Shown: positions 62,098-64,000 of the stretch, one piece after another
Position numbering within the stretch: position 1 is the first letter of the stretch
Layout: each line of letters opens with the position of its first letter
Source of the DNA: Ruditapes philippinarum
Lineage: Eukaryota
DNA length: 64,000 nucleotides
Assembly (NCBI RefSeq): GCF_026571515.1
Contig: NW_026859731.1
Span: 434,001-498,000 of the forward strand
Reading direction: 5' to 3'
The notes under the pieces: generated by a model
Seen by the model: only the letters and a program-made list of their open reading frames with translations
What the model was told of the DNA's origin: nothing
Database searches by the model: none
Program-made: the position numbers and the translations under genes

Positions 62098-63123
62098 AAA
62101 GTGTGTTATACTGAGATAAATGAATGAGCCAAAAATTTCTAATTGAATATCATTTAACATGAAAGTATGTAGGTTGTTTTCCTTCCTTTTTTCAAATATC
62201 ATTGTTGTTTTCGAAGTATTGACATGTAAATCCCACAAACCACAATATATTTGAATATCATGTAACTCAATTTTTTTATGGTTTTATATCAAAAATATAA
62301 TGCTCAAATGAAGATTTATTAATATTGTAAGTTTCAAATAGCATTATATGTAAAGATATTACTAAATTTACATTTCATGTTAATTTAATAAAGGGAGGTA
62401 ATTAGAAATTTATTTTTTATAAAGTCTAAGTCAAATTTTTCAATAAGAAATGAATGCATATATTTTAATGTTTACATATAATGTGGACAAATATTTGCAG
62501 TACATATTTTACATATTCTTTGATATTTGAAAATTGTTTTAGAAGCATAATTATTAAGTGTGGTAAGAACCTTAAATATCAACTGTAATATCCGTGGTGT
62601 TTCTGCAAAAATAACAGCATCGTCTGCTAAAAGCATATAAGTTTGATGTCATATAGAACAGATGCCATCTATTTATTAATAAAATGATGTCATTCACAAA
62701 AAAAAAAACAACATTAGACTGGAACTTGGATCTCCCTGTTTTACTTCAATATTTATCAAGTAAAGAATGGAGACTGTTCTGATTTTTATCTTTATCCAAA
62801 CTTTCACTGTACTGTAAAATCATTATTATTTGTGGGGCACCAATTTTCGTGGTTTTCGTGGGTAGGTCAATCCACGAATTTAAGATCCGACGAAATTTTA
62901 TCCGAGCAAATACTTCTTACCCTGTCTCTGTTCTATATATTACAACATGCGTCAGCTCTTTTCTGGCCGATTTACGTGAAATGGTATTATACATAACTCT
63001 TAAAGCATTTACTATTGTGAACTAACATTCTCTGTAATCAAATTATGAAATAAATGAGACCTTGTAATTTTATCGAATCATTTTTCGAATTCTATAAAAA
63101 CAACAATATAATTTTTTCTTTAA

Positions 63124-63448
63124 CCCTTTCACTGCCATAGGGACAGCTTAAGCCGTCACTGTTATTCTCGGCGTATTTGCCATATGGACGGCTTTAGCCG
63201 TTTCTATAATAATAATAGTAATAATAATAAATTAATAATAGTAATAATAAAAATAATAATAAATATATAGAAAATTATACCATCGACAATAATTATTATT
63301 ATACTTACAGGTTTGGAAACATATATAATTATTATAACACTAATAACAAATAGTAATAATTATATTTATTAATAATATAGTAATTTCTTAGAAAACCCTC
63401 TGGCAAATAGGTGAACAATAAAACAATAACCCTCTGGCAGCGAAAGGG
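63124..63448. mobile_element. piggyBac-type MITE, nested in a TACTGT-ended element starting near 62810
   Basis: TTAA-CCCTTTC(A)CTGCCA ... TGGCAG(C)GAAAGGG-TTAA. Confidence 0.85.
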
Positions 63449-64000
63449 TTAACGACAATATTTTAGCGATCATTGATTGTAGAATATAAACACAATGAAA
63501 CACAGTAAATTGTTGTTATTTACCAGCCTGAAAAAACCAAATTGGTTTTCTAAGATTGTCTCATTTGTTAGAGTCTATTTTGTTAAACTGTTTAAAAGAA
63601 TTTGTGAGTAAATTTTTGATATTATAAATATAATGAGTTATTGCCCAAAATTTTGTGGATTGTCTATATACACTCCTTTGTGTATAGGTACAATAATTCC
63701 TTCGCCAAATGATTCCAGGTACTGACCAGTGGTAAACATGTGGTTAAATAATTTAAGCAGAAAATGTACAATTTGGGCGAATATATGTTAAAGATTCTCC
63801 ACTGGTTAATCATCATAACCACTACTTTTGTTGTTGTTTTTTGGAAAAAAACACAACTTTTGTTTATTGTTTTGTGAAAAACCACAACTTTTGTTAATGT
63901 TTTTTAAAAAAAAACACATCTTTTGTTATTGTTTTGTGAAAAAAACTGCGTTTTTGAGTTTAGTAAAAGAAATCGTTTGATCTAGATATTTATCATTAAT

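Overview
AT-rich, intron-containing animal genomic DNA. The repeat families (tRNA-derived SINEs, Helentron-type elements carrying ~145-165-bp tandem arrays, many MITEs) resemble those of bivalve molluscs, probably a venerid clam; this taxonomic call is inference. Five protein-coding loci could be reconstructed by hand: (1) the first three coding exons of a Musashi RNA-binding protein (- strand, runs off the left edge); (2) a four-coding-exon DUF4807/F58A4.6-like gene (+), with one exon apparently corrupted; (3) a four-exon class I SAM-dependent methyltransferase (-); (4) a divergently transcribed two-exon orphan gene (+) whose start codon lies 200 bp from that of the methyltransferase; (5) an intronless, full-length TBK1/IKK-epsilon-family kinase (+) flanked by canonical NF-kB sites. 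The most unusual signal is a ~55-75-bp self-complementary mini-element (CAATCGGAA...TCCGAAG..CGGAAAGGGCCGAAAAGTTGCGATTG). About ten diverged copies cluster in the gene-free 6-19.5 kb region, plus one in the kinase promoter. Other leads: a structured, uORF-bearing spliced leader on the DUF4807 gene, and a 27-bp satellite built from C/EBP-ATF composite motifs. Several homopolymer-rich stretches look like low-quality consensus. All family assignments are from motif recall, not database searches.
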